A stretch of 52,454 nucleotides of DNA from Ramlibacter sp. (GTDB lineage: Bacteria > Pseudomonadota > Gammaproteobacteria > Burkholderiales > Burkholderiaceae_C), in the NCBI GenBank assembly GCA_028292105.1, contig JAQGMY010000102.1, forward strand, positions 1 through 52,454, written 5' to 3'. The notes beneath the pieces were generated by a model. It saw only the letters and a list, made by a program, of their open reading frames with translations, made no database searches and was not told where the DNA came from. Of the stretch, positions 21,004 through 29,995 are shown piece by piece (the stretch's first letter is position 1; each line of letters starts with the position of its first letter). The translations under genes and the position numbers were made by a program.

Positions 21004-22389
21004 CTACTGCGGGCTGCCCGCCACCGTCTTGATGCGGGCGATCATCTCGTCGACCGCCTTGTCGACCGGCACCTTCTCGTTGAGCACGCGGTTGGCCGCC
21101 TTGGCCCACACGTTCTCGTTGTTCAACACCGTGAACTTGTAGTTCTTGGTGAATTCGAACGTGGTCGTGCCGTTCATGTACTGGTTGTAGACCACCAGGC
21201 GGTGCGGGTCGTTCTTCCAGAAGGGACTGGCCTGCCCCACCTTCGTGACCGGGAACCAGCGGCCGAGAGACCCTTCCACGTAAGGCGTCAGGTTCTCGTC
21301 CTGCAGCAGGAAGGCCACGAACTCCTTGGCGCGCTGCTTGTTCTTGGCCTGGCTGAAGATCACGCCCGTCTTGACGGCGGTGCGGTACTTCATCTTGCTG
21401 CCGTCAGGCTTGTCCGGGAACGCCGAGGTGGCGATGTTCTCCGTGTAGTTCTTCTTCGCTTCGTCGCGTTGGGCCTGCGTGAGCGAGGTGTTGTTCGCGT
21501 CGTCCAGCCACTTCGCGGCGATCGAGATGGTGGCGTTGTGCGTGAGCACCGTCGTCTTGTTGTGGAACGCGACGTTGTTGTCCGGGTCCTTCCAGCTGGT
21601 GGAAGACGGCGGCGAGCAACCCTTGGTGTAAGGGGCGGTGTAGTCGGTCAGCGCGCCGATCAGGCCCTGGCGCACGCTGGGGTCGTCGACCAGCAGCTTG
21701 CCCGAGTCGTTGACCAGCTTGACGTTGTACGCGTCCATGAAGGTCAGGAACGAATAGAACGAGTCGCTCGAGTCCACGCCCAGCGGCTGGCCGATGCCGA
21801 AGCCGCGCTTGCCGGTTTTCTGGCGATAGGCCGGCTGCACCTTGTCGCACCAGAAGCTCCAGTAGCCCTTCCAGTCGGCCGGGATGTCCGACGCCTTGAA
21901 GCCGGCTTCAGCGAGCATGTCCTTCCAGTACTGGATGTGCATGGTCTGCTGCTTGAGCGGGAAGGCGTAGTACGCGCGCTTCTTGGAAGCGTCGTTGTAG
22001 AGGAAGGTGGTCGACAGCGCGGTCGATTCGAACTTCGAAGTCAGCGGACTGATGATGCTGGAGATGTCTTCCAGCTTGCCGTCGAACGCCCACTTGGCCG
22101 TGACCTGGAAATCGTAGACGTCGGCATACGCCACGTCCGGCGGTGCGCCGGAGTCGAGCGCGGCCACCGTCTTGGGGATCATGTCCTGGATCGGGTACTG
22201 CGACAGCTCGATCTTCACGCCCTTGTGCTTGGCTTCGTACTTCCTGATCGCCTCGAACAGGGCGTCGTCTTCGGCCTTGTAGAAGCCCTTGACCCACCAG
22301 ACGGTGAGCTTCTCCTGCGCCACCGCGGGCGCGCCGGCGACGAGGCCGGCGGCGGCGATCGCGGCGGTTAGAACGATCCTCAGTTTCAT
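21004..22389 (-). CDS. Carbohydrate ABC transporter substrate-binding protein
   Basis: Signal peptide MKLRIV...AVA; GAPPDVAY; AGGAG RBS; operon context. Confidence 0.92.
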   Translation of the reverse strand: MKLRIVLTAAIAAAGLVAGAPAVAQEKLTVWWVKGFYKAEDDALFEAIRKYEAKHKGVKIELSQYPIQDMIPKTVAALDSGAPPDVAYADVYDFQVTAKWAFDGKLEDISSIISPLTSKFESTALSTTFLYNDASKKRAYYAFPLKQQTMHIQYWKDMLAEAGFKASDIPADWKGYWSFWCDKVQPAYRQKTGKRGFGIGQPLGVDSSDSFYSFLTFMDAYNVKLVNDSGKLLVDDPSVRQGLIGALTDYTAPYTKGCSPPSSTSWKDPDNNVAFHNKTTVLTHNATISIAAKWLDDANNTSLTQAQRDEAKKNYTENIATSAFPDKPDGSKMKYRTAVKTGVIFSQAKNKQRAKEFVAFLLQDENLTPYVEGSLGRWFPVTKVGQASPFWKNDPHRLVVYNQYMNGTTTFEFTKNYKFTVLNNENVWAKAANRVLNEKVPVDKAVDEMIARIKTVAGSPQ

Positions 22390-22439
22390 GCCTTGTCTCC
22401 TGCTGTCGTTGTGGAAAGGGAAGGGAAGCAGCCGGGCGC

Positions 22440-23417
22440 TCAGCGGCACTCGGGCACGGGACTCAAGAGGCGTTCGCCCGCGAAGTGCGCGCGCAGGTTG
22501 TTCAGTGCGAGGTCGGCCATGGCCTGGCGGGTTTCATGGGTGGCGCTGGCCATGTGCGGCGTGAGCACCACGTTGTCGAGGGCACGAAGCGCGGCGGGAA
22601 CCTGCGGTTCGTTCTCGAACACGTCGAGGCCGGCGCCGGCGATCACGCCTTGCTGCAAGGCCTCGACCAGCGCTTCTTCGTCGACCACCGAGCCCCGCGC
22701 CACGTTGATCAGGAAGCCGCGCGCACCGAGCGCCGCCAGCACCTCACGGTCGATCAGGTGGCGGGTGGCCGCGCCGCCGGGCGTGATCACCACCAGGAAG
22801 TCCACCGCCGCAGCCAGGGCCTTCGGCGTGGGGTGGTAGTCGAAGGCAAGCTGCTCCTGCTGGTGGCGGCCGGTGTAGGCGATCGACATGCCGAAGGCCT
22901 GGGCGCGCACGGCGACCGCCTTGCCGATCCGGCCGAGCCCGACGATGCCCAGGCGGGCGCCCGACATCTTGCGGGCCAGCGGCATCGGCCCTTTCTCCGC
23001 CCAGGCATTGGCGCGCACGTAGCGGTCGGCCTGCGGGATGCGCCGGGCGAGCGACAGCATCAGCCCGATCGCCAGGTCCGCGACTTCGTCGTTCAGGACA
23101 TCCGGCGTATGGGTGACGGGAACGCCGCGGGCCATGGCTGCCGCGACGTCGACGCCGTCATAGCCCACGCCCATGATGGAAATCATCGTGAGCGCGGGCA
23201 GCTGGTCCATCAATGCCGCGGCCACCTTCGACTCGCCGCCGCCGGTGATCGCGCGGATGCCGGGCGCGACCCTGGCGAAGGCCGCCGGATCGGTTTCGTG
23301 CAGCCGCTCGTACACGGTGAAGTGCTGCTGCAGCGGCTCCAGGTAGAAGGCCGGCAGCTTGGAGACGACGAGCACGGCGGGACGTGCGGCAGGGGGTGAG
23401 GCGGAAGGTTCGCTCAT
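22440..23417 (-). CDS. D-isomer-specific 2-hydroxyacid dehydrogenase
   Basis: GVGYDGVD, GIVGLGRIG, INVARGSVVD, GLDVFENEP, TPHMAS. Confidence 0.93.
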   Translation of the reverse strand: MSEPSASPPAARPAVLVVSKLPAFYLEPLQQHFTVYERLHETDPAAFARVAPGIRAITGGGESKVAAALMDQLPALTMISIMGVGYDGVDVAAAMARGVPVTHTPDVLNDEVADLAIGLMLSLARRIPQADRYVRANAWAEKGPMPLARKMSGARLGIVGLGRIGKAVAVRAQAFGMSIAYTGRHQQEQLAFDYHPTPKALAAAVDFLVVITPGGAATRHLIDREVLAALGARGFLINVARGSVVDEEALVEALQQGVIAGAGLDVFENEPQVPAALRALDNVVLTPHMASATHETRQAMADLALNNLRAHFAGERLLSPVPECR

Positions 23418-23441
23418 GGTTTGTACGGTGGGCGGAGGCAA

Positions 23442-23460
23442 TCGTATGACCATAATACGA
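23442..23460. promoter_or_regulatory. Candidate operator between divergent sugar-acid operons
   Basis: TCGTAT-7 nt-ATACGA overlapping a CATAAT -10-like box; FadR-type regulator in the same cluster. Confidence 0.55.
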
Positions 23461-23483
23461 ATGGTTTTTTCCGGACTAACCCT

Positions 23484-25220
23484 ATGACGACGCCCCTCAA
23501 GAAGAAGCCCAGCGAGCTGCGGTCGCAGCAATGGTTCGGCCGCCAGGACCGCGATGGATTTGCCTACCGCAGCTGGATCAAGGGCAAGGGCGTGCCCGAC
23601 GACCAGTTCGATGGCCGGCCCGTCATCGGCATCTGCAACACCTTCAGCGAACTGACTCCGTGCAACTCGCACTTCCGCACCCTGGCGGAGCAGGTGAAGA
23701 TCGGCGTCTACGAAGCCGGCGGCTTCCCGCTGGAGTTCCCGGTGATGTCGCTCGGCGAGACGATGCTGCGGCCGACCGCGATGCTGTATCGCAACCTGGC
23801 GAGCATGGACGTCGAGGAATCGATCCGCGGCAACCCGATCGACGGCGTGGTGCTGCTCATGGGCTGCGACAAGACCACGCCCTCGCTGCTGATGGGTGCG
23901 TCGAGCGTGGACCTGCCGACCATCGGCGTCTCCGGCGGCCCGATGCTTTCGGGCAAGTGGCGCGGCCAGGACCTCGGCTCCGGCACCGGCGTGTGGAGCA
24001 TGAGCGAGCAGGTCCGCGCCGGCACCTTGAAGCTGCAGGACTTCCTCGAAGCCGAAAGCTGCATGCACCGCAGCCACGGCCACTGCATGACCATGGGCAC
24101 CGCGTCCACCATGGCCAGCATGGTCGAAGCGCTGGGCGTGGGCTTGCCCGGCAACGCGGCGTATCCGGCGGTCGATGGCCGGCGCAACGTGCTGGCACGG
24201 ATGGCCGGCCGGCGCATCGTGGAGATGGTGCACGGCGACGTTCTGCTGTCGAAGATCCTCACGCGGCAAGCCTTCGAGAATGCGATCAAGACGCTGGCGG
24301 CGATCGGCGGGTCGACCAACGCGGTGATCCACCTGATCGCGATCGCGCGGCGCATCGGGGTGGAGCTGGCGATCGAGGACTTCGACCGGCTCGGCAGCGA
24401 GATGCCGTGCCTGGTGAACCTGCAGCCCTCGGGCAAGTTCCTGATGGAAGACTTCTGCTACGCCGGCGGCCTGCCGGTCGTCCTGAAGGAGATCGCCGGC
24501 CACCTGCACCTGGACGCCCTCACCGCCAGCGGCGCCACGATGGGCGACAACATCGCCAATGCCCAGAACTGGAACCAGGAAGTGATCAAGCCGCTGGCCA
24601 CGCCGTTCAAGGACCACGCCGGCATCGCGGTGCTGCGCGGCAACCTGGCGCCGCGTGGCGCGGTCATCAAGCCGAGCGCCGCCACCCCCGGGCTGATGGT
24701 GCACCGTGGCCGCGCCGTGGTGTTCGAGGACATCGAGGACTTCCATGCCCGCATCGACGACGAAAACCTGGACGTCGACGAAACCTGCGTGCTGGTGCTG
24801 AAGAACTGCGGCCCCAAGGGCTACCCGGGCATGGCCGAAGTCGGCAACATGCCGCTGCCGCCCAAGATCCTGCGCAAGGGCATCACCGACATGGTCCGCA
24901 TCAGCGACGCCCGCATGAGCGGCACTGCCTACGGCACGGTCGTGCTGCACACCGCGCCCGAGGCCGCGGCCGGCGGTCCGCTGGGGCTGGTGCAGAACGG
25001 CGACATCATCGAGCTCGACGTTCCCAAGCGGCGCATCCACCTGGAGGTGAGCGACGAGGAACTGGCCCGCCGCAAGGCCGCCTGGCAGCCGCCGAAGCCG
25101 CCGATGGAGTCCGGCTACTGGAAGCTGTACATCGACCACGTGCTGCAGGCGGATGAAGGCGCGGACCTCGACTTCCTGGTCGGCAAGCGCGGCTCCTTCG
25201 TGCCGCGCGACAATCACTGA
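23484..25220 (+). CDS. IlvD/Edd family sugar-acid dehydratase (L-arabinonate/D-galactonate-type)
   Basis: LRSQQWFG, PCNSH, GCDKTTP, GHCMTMGTASTM, GGSTN, DARMSGTAYG. Confidence 0.9.
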   Translation: MTTPLKKKPSELRSQQWFGRQDRDGFAYRSWIKGKGVPDDQFDGRPVIGICNTFSELTPCNSHFRTLAEQVKIGVYEAGGFPLEFPVMSLGETMLRPTAMLYRNLASMDVEESIRGNPIDGVVLLMGCDKTTPSLLMGASSVDLPTIGVSGGPMLSGKWRGQDLGSGTGVWSMSEQVRAGTLKLQDFLEAESCMHRSHGHCMTMGTASTMASMVEALGVGLPGNAAYPAVDGRRNVLARMAGRRIVEMVHGDVLLSKILTRQAFENAIKTLAAIGGSTNAVIHLIAIARRIGVELAIEDFDRLGSEMPCLVNLQPSGKFLMEDFCYAGGLPVVLKEIAGHLHLDALTASGATMGDNIANAQNWNQEVIKPLATPFKDHAGIAVLRGNLAPRGAVIKPSAATPGLMVHRGRAVVFEDIEDFHARIDDENLDVDETCVLVLKNCGPKGYPGMAEVGNMPLPPKILRKGITDMVRISDARMSGTAYGTVVLHTAPEAAAGGPLGLVQNGDIIELDVPKRRIHLEVSDEELARRKAAWQPPKPPMESGYWKLYIDHVLQADEGADLDFLVGKRGSFVPRDNH

Positions 25221-25235
25221 ATCGCAACTTGCCGA

Positions 25236-25265
25236 CCGGGCTCGCCCGGGATCCATGCAGCCCGG
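25236..25265. repeat. Degenerate copy of the CCCGGGCTCGACCCGGGATCCA palindrome
   Basis: CCGGGCTCGCCCGGGATCCATGCA matches 50512-50537. Confidence 0.6.
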
Positions 25266-25266
25266 A

Positions 25267-26157
25267 ATGAACAACTCGCTCGTGGCGGTCGACTGGGGCA
25301 CATCCGCCCTTCGCACCGCGCTCCTCGGCCCGGCCGGCGAGGTGCTGGAAGAACGCACCTCCCCGCGCGGCATCCTCACCGTCGAAGCCGGCGCCTTCCC
25401 CCAGGTCCTGCAGGAAACGTGCGGCGACTGGCTGCAGGACCCCGCTGCCCTTTGCCTGGTCAGCGGCATGGCGGGCAGCCGCAACGGCTGGCGCGAAGCG
25501 CCCTACTGCCCCTGCCCCGCCGGCTTCACCGAACTGGCGCAGGCACTCACCTGGATTGAGCCCGGCCGCATCGCGCTCGTCCCCGGCCTCACCTGCGAGA
25601 ACGATGGCGTGCCCGATGTGATGCGCGGCGAGGAAGTGCAGGTGTTCGGCGCGATGTCGCTCCTCGGCATGCAGGACGGCCTGTTCGTGCTCCCCGGCAC
25701 GCACAGCAAGCGGGTGGAAGTGCACGAGGGCCGCATCCGGTCCTTCGCCACCTTCATGTCCGGCGAATGCTATGCCTTGCTGAAGGAGCATTCGATCCTG
25801 GCCCGCACGCTGCCGGCGGAGGACGGCCGGATGGACGAGGAAGCGTTCAAGCGCGGCGTGCGCCAGGCGCACCAGACCGGCAGCCTGCTGCGCAGCGCCT
25901 TCAGCGTGCGCAGCCTGGCCTTGTTCAACCGGCTCAGCAACGAAGGCATGGGCAGCTACCTCTCCGGCCTGGTGATCGGTGAGGAGCTGCGCTTGCGCGA
26001 CCCCGCCGTGCACGACGTCGTGCTGATCGGCAGCGAAACGCTGACGCAGCGCTATGCGCTGGCGCTGCAGGTGCTGGGGGTCGCGTCGCGCAGTCTCGGC
26101 TCGGAAGCGGCCTGGCAGGGACTCTGGCGCCTGTCGCAAACGCTGGAACGGGCCTGA
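25267..26157 (+). CDS. dgoK: 2-dehydro-3-deoxygalactonokinase
   Basis: VDWGTS.LR, GMAGSRNGW.EAPY, DVMRGEEVQ, PGTHSK, YLSGLVIG.E. Confidence 0.93.
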   Translation: MNNSLVAVDWGTSALRTALLGPAGEVLEERTSPRGILTVEAGAFPQVLQETCGDWLQDPAALCLVSGMAGSRNGWREAPYCPCPAGFTELAQALTWIEPGRIALVPGLTCENDGVPDVMRGEEVQVFGAMSLLGMQDGLFVLPGTHSKRVEVHEGRIRSFATFMSGECYALLKEHSILARTLPAEDGRMDEEAFKRGVRQAHQTGSLLRSAFSVRSLALFNRLSNEGMGSYLSGLVIGEELRLRDPAVHDVVLIGSETLTQRYALALQVLGVASRSLGSEAAWQGLWRLSQTLERA

Positions 26158-26801
26158 TGGACGAGCCGCTCGCCGCCCAATGGGCGCAGGCGCTGGCGCG
26201 GCTGCCGCTGGTGGGCATCCTGCGCGGCATCACGCCGGCCGAAGCGCCGGCCGTCGGCGATGCGCTGTGGGACGCGGACTGGCGGCTGTTCGAAGTGCCG
26301 CTCAATTCGCCCGAGCCGCTGCGCAGCATCCAGAGCATGGCGCGGCGGTTTCCGCAGGCCGTCGTCGGTGCCGGCACGGTCCGCACGGCCCTCGAGGTCC
26401 GGCAGGTCCACGACGCCGGCGGCCGCATGATCGTGTCGCCCCACTTCGACCCGCGCGTGGTCGCCGCCGCCACCGGGCTGGGCCTGGTCTGCCTGCCGGG
26501 CGTGATGACCCCCACCGAAGCCCTGGCGGCGCTGGACGCGGGCGCCACCGGCGTGAAACTGTTCCCGGCCGAGATGATCACGCCGGCCGCCGTCAAGGCC
26601 CTGCGCGCGGTGCTCGCGCCCGAGGTGCTGCTGTTCCCCGTGGGCGGCATAGCGACGGGCAACATGGCTGCTTACCGGGCCGCAGGCGCCAGCGGCTTCG
26701 GCATCGGCTCGGCCCTGTACAAACCCGGCATGCAAACGGCTGCCGTGGCGGCCTCGGCGCACGCCTTCGCGCAGGCATGGGCGGGTACCATCCGCCCATG
26801 A
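26157..26801 (+). CDS. dgoA: 2-dehydro-3-deoxy-6-phosphogalactonate aldolase
   Basis: ILRGITP, EVPLNSP, GAGTV, TPTEA, KLFPAE, PVGGI, GFGIGSALYKPG. Confidence 0.93.
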   Translation: MDEPLAAQWAQALARLPLVGILRGITPAEAPAVGDALWDADWRLFEVPLNSPEPLRSIQSMARRFPQAVVGAGTVRTALEVRQVHDAGGRMIVSPHFDPRVVAAATGLGLVCLPGVMTPTEALAALDAGATGVKLFPAEMITPAAVKALRAVLAPEVLLFPVGGIATGNMAAYRAAGASGFGIGSALYKPGMQTAAVAASAHAFAQAWAGTIRP

Positions 26802-27598
26802 CCAGCGCGCCTTCTTCCAGCCCTTCTTCGTCGCCGGTTTCCTTCGGCCTCGGCGGCCGGGTCTGCATCGTCACCGGTGCCGCGCAAGGCATAGGCGAAG
26901 CCTGCGCCCGGCGCTTCGCGCGCGAGGGCGCGATGGTGGTGATCGCCGACATCGACGACGGCCGCGGGCAGGCGCTGGCGCAGGAACTGCAGGCGCTCTA
27001 CGTGCACTGTGACGTCGGCGACAAGGCCCAGGTCGACACGCTGGTGGCCAAGACGATGCTGACCCACGGGCGCATCGACGTGCTGGTCAACAACGCGGGC
27101 ATCTTCAAGGCCGCGGACTTCCTGGACATCAGCGAGTCGGACTTCGACGCGGTGCTGCGCATCAACCTGAAGGGCTCCTTCCTGGTCGGCCAGGCGGCGG
27201 CGCGGGAGATGGCCAGGGCCGGCAAGGGAGCGATCGTCAACATGAGCTCGGTCAACGGCGTCCTGGCGATCCCGAACATCGCCAGCTACAACGTCAGCAA
27301 GGGCGGCATCAACCAGCTGACGCGGGTGATGGCGCTGGCGCTGGCAGGCCACAACATCCGCGTCAATGCCGTGGCGCCGGGAACGATCGCCACCGAGCTC
27401 GCCGCCAGGGCGGTGCTGACGAGCGAGGAAGCCAGCAAACGCATCCTGATGCGCACGCCCATGAAGCGCCTGGGCGAGCCCGCCGAAGTCGCGGACGTGG
27501 TCGCGTATCTGGCCAGCGATGCGGCCAGCTACATCACGGGCGAAATCGTCGTGGTGGACGGCGGCCGCATGACCCTGAACTACACCGTGCCGGTGTAG
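26798..27598 (+). CDS. SDR family oxidoreductase (candidate aldose dehydrogenase)
   Basis: TGAAQGIG, NNAG, YNVSK, IRVNAVAPG; ATGA overlap with dgoA. Confidence 0.92.
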   Translation: MTSAPSSSPSSSPVSFGLGGRVCIVTGAAQGIGEACARRFAREGAMVVIADIDDGRGQALAQELQALYVHCDVGDKAQVDTLVAKTMLTHGRIDVLVNNAGIFKAADFLDISESDFDAVLRINLKGSFLVGQAAAREMARAGKGAIVNMSSVNGVLAIPNIASYNVSKGGINQLTRVMALALAGHNIRVNAVAPGTIATELAARAVLTSEEASKRILMRTPMKRLGEPAEVADVVAYLASDAASYITGEIVVVDGGRMTLNYTVPV

Positions 27599-27602
27599 CG
27601 GA

Positions 27603-27803
27603 TCAGCGCTGGCGGGTTCGCGCCGAAACGGCCTTGCGCGCGGCCGCGGCAGGCGCCTGGGCCTTCAATTGGTCCATGTAGTCGCGGATCAGCCGGCGCA
27701 CCACTTGCGATGGCGTCATGTCCTGCGTGCGGCACAGCTCGTCGAAGGCCTGTTTCTTGGCGGGATCGATCAGGATGGTCAACCGGGCGGTCTTGAGCTC
27801 CAT
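27603..27803 (-). CDS. Ribbon-helix-helix (CopG-family) regulator
   Basis: ARLTILIDPAKKQAFDELC..QD.TPSQVVRRLIRDY. Confidence 0.85.
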   Translation of the reverse strand: MELKTARLTILIDPAKKQAFDELCRTQDMTPSQVVRRLIRDYMDQLKAQAPAAAARKAVSARTRQR

Positions 27804-27815
27804 GGGGCGAAGGAA

Positions 27816-27836
27816 TCTGATGTTAATCAGAGTCTA
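27816..27836 (-). promoter_or_regulatory. Candidate operator and -10 box for the RHH gene
   Basis: TCTGAT-GTTA-ATCAGA inverted repeat abutting TAGACT on the minus strand. Confidence 0.5.
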
Positions 27837-27879
27837 ATGGCTTTCGGTCCGCCAAGACAGCGCGGCTGTTGCCCGGCCG

Positions 27880-28062
27880 TCAGTCGTCGGTGCCGTTCTT
27901 CTGCCTGGGCGCGTACTTCACGCCGTGCTTGAGCAGGTAGTCGCGGATCAACTGCCGGACCACCTGCGAGGCGGTGATGTCCTGCGATGCGCAGAGCTCG
28001 TCGAAGGCCTTCTTCTTGTCGGCGTCGATCAGCACGGTCAGCCGTGCGGGTTTGTCATCCAT
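27880..28062 (-). CDS. Ribbon-helix-helix (CopG-family) regulator, paralog
   Basis: MDDKPARLTVLIDADKKKAFDELCASQDITASQVVRQLIRDYL. Confidence 0.85.
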   Translation of the reverse strand: MDDKPARLTVLIDADKKKAFDELCASQDITASQVVRQLIRDYLLKHGVKYAPRQKNGTDD

Positions 28063-28218
28063 TCGAACTTGGTGGGTATCAGACATGGTAATAGTCTGCA
28101 CCTGCCATGTGACTCCGATGGTAGTACGCGGGCGCGCCCGCCGCGCCTGTAAACCCCCGCGCGGGCGTCGATTCCGGCTCTACCGTTTGTAGGCCGGAAC
28201 GAACGCTGAGCCAACGCG

Positions 28219-29454
28219 TCAGGCGGCGGCTGCGGCTGCCACCGATGAGCGGGGCAGCCGCTCTTCGCGGATCGGCAGGTGCACCAGCGCCGCGCCGACC
28301 GCCAGCACGATATCGATGTACCAGACCCAGTCGTACGATCCGGTGGCATCGAAGACCCTGCCGCCCAGCCAGGAGCCGAAGAAGGCCCCGACCTGGTGCG
28401 TGAGCATCACCAGCCCGAACAGCGTGGCCATGTTCGCCGGACCGAAGAACTTGGTGACCAGGCCGGCCGTCGGCGGCACGGTCGACAGGTAGGTCAGGCC
28501 CATGACGGCCGCGAAGACCAGCACCACGGTGCCGGACTTGGGCGCGAACAGGAACACCAGCACGGCGATGGCGCGCGCGGCGTAGATCAGCGACAGCAAT
28601 GACTTCGAGCGCCAGCGGCCCACCGCCCAACCGATGCCCAGGCTGCCGATGATGTTGAACAGGCCGAGCATGGCGAGCGCCCAGCCGCCCCACTGCGGCG
28701 GCAGCCCGCAGGCGGCGACCACTCCCGGCAGGTGCACCGCCAGGAAGGCGACGTGGAAGCCGCAGACGAAGAAGCCGGCGCCGAGCAGCAGGTAACTGGG
28801 ATTGCGCAGCGCGTGCCTCACGGCCTGGCCGGCGCCGGCGGGCTTTTGCGCGGTGGCGCCTCCCATGGTGACGGCGTTGCCGCGCAGCACCCAGGCGGCC
28901 GGCAGGCAAAGCAGCGTCATCAAAGCCAGCGCCTGCATCGCGTTGCCCCAGCCGATGCCGACGATCAGCGCGGCGGCGAGCGGCGCCGTCGCGAACTGGC
29001 CGAAGGAGCCGCCCGCGTTGACGATGCCGATGGCCATTCCGCGCCGCGCCGGGTCGATCATGCGTACGCTGGCCGACATCAGGACCGCGGGGCCCGCCAT
29101 GCCCGAGCCGCCGGCGGCCAGCACGCCGATGGCGAAGATCAGGCCCAGCGTCGTCGTCATGTAGGGCGTGATGAAGGTGCCAATCATCAGCAGCACCACG
29201 CCGAGGGCGAGCACGCGGCCGGCGCCGTACTTGTCCGCCAGCGCACCGGCGAAGGGCTGCGTGAGGCCCCACCACAACTGGCCGAAGGCGAAGGCCAGGC
29301 TGATGCTGCCCAGCCCCAGCCCGGTCGACGTGTTGAGCGAGGACAGGAACAGGCCCATGCTCTGGCGCGTGCCCATCGTCAGCGCGAAGGTGCCCGCCGC
29401 CGCCAGCAGCACCAGCCAGAACGCCGCGCGGCGCACGCCCTTCGCATCACTCAT
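28219..29454 (-). CDS. MFS transporter
   Basis: GALADKYGAGR motif A, GFFVCGFH, ~12 TMs. Confidence 0.93.
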   Translation of the reverse strand: MSDAKGVRRAAFWLVLLAAAGTFALTMGTRQSMGLFLSSLNTSTGLGLGSISLAFAFGQLWWGLTQPFAGALADKYGAGRVLALGVVLLMIGTFITPYMTTTLGLIFAIGVLAAGGSGMAGPAVLMSASVRMIDPARRGMAIGIVNAGGSFGQFATAPLAAALIVGIGWGNAMQALALMTLLCLPAAWVLRGNAVTMGGATAQKPAGAGQAVRHALRNPSYLLLGAGFFVCGFHVAFLAVHLPGVVAACGLPPQWGGWALAMLGLFNIIGSLGIGWAVGRWRSKSLLSLIYAARAIAVLVFLFAPKSGTVVLVFAAVMGLTYLSTVPPTAGLVTKFFGPANMATLFGLVMLTHQVGAFFGSWLGGRVFDATGSYDWVWYIDIVLAVGAALVHLPIREERLPRSSVAAAAAA

Positions 29455-29902
29455 GCAACTCTCCCTGGGGGACATCGGACAACAGTTCCTGGCATTCGTC
29501 CAGCAGCTCGTGCAGCGCCAGCACGCGCCGCAAGCCCAATCGTTCGTTCAGCGCCTCCTGCGCCACGCGCCAGCGGCGCTGCGCCTCCTGCCGCTTGTCC
29601 CGCCCCGCTCGCGTCGCGTTCACCAGCCGGCTGCGGGCGTCGGGCCCGGCGTCGAGCGTGAGCCAGCCGCCGTCGATCATCGGGCGCAGGTTGCGGGTGA
29701 GCGTCGAGGCATCCACCTTCATCGCGCGCGCCAGGTCGACCGGCCGGACCGGGCCCAGCTTGACCACGTACGACAGCAGTGAGTACTGCGTGCCGCGCAG
29801 GCCGGTCTTGCCGACTTCGGCGTCGTAGTGCTGCGCCACCCGCCGCATCAGCTGGCGCAGCTTCATGTTGGTGCAGCCTTGCGGCTTGACAGGGGTGTCC
29901 AT
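29447..29902 (-). CDS. MarR family regulator
   Basis: CTNMKLRQLMRRV...YD, LARAMKVDASTLTRNL, DARSR. Confidence 0.92.
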   Translation of the reverse strand: MDTPVKPQGCTNMKLRQLMRRVAQHYDAEVGKTGLRGTQYSLLSYVVKLGPVRPVDLARAMKVDASTLTRNLRPMIDGGWLTLDAGPDARSRLVNATRAGRDKRQEAQRRWRVAQEALNERLGLRRVLALHELLDECQELLSDVPQGELHE

Positions 29903-29909
29903 GGAAACT

Positions 29910-29937
29910 AGTGTAGCTGCAACTGTTGCAGATACAA
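29910..29937 (-). promoter_or_regulatory. marR promoter with palindromic operator
   Basis: TGTAGCTGCAAC-T-GTTGCAGATACA (29912-29936); minus-strand TTGTAT-16 bp-TACACT. Confidence 0.72.
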
Positions 29938-29995
29938 GCTTTAATTGACGAGCCGGAGCTACGCGCACGCCACCACCACCTGCCAGGTGTTCGCG

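Noticed and set aside
20239-25484. Long ORFs 20239..22371 (+) and the N-terminal two-thirds of 22440..25484 (-)
   Set aside because: Shadows of the ABC genes and the dehydratase; only 22440-23417 is a real dehydrogenase, so there is no fusion
27603-28062. Toxin-antitoxin system
   Set aside because: Both ORFs are RHH proteins; no toxin-like ORF is adjacent
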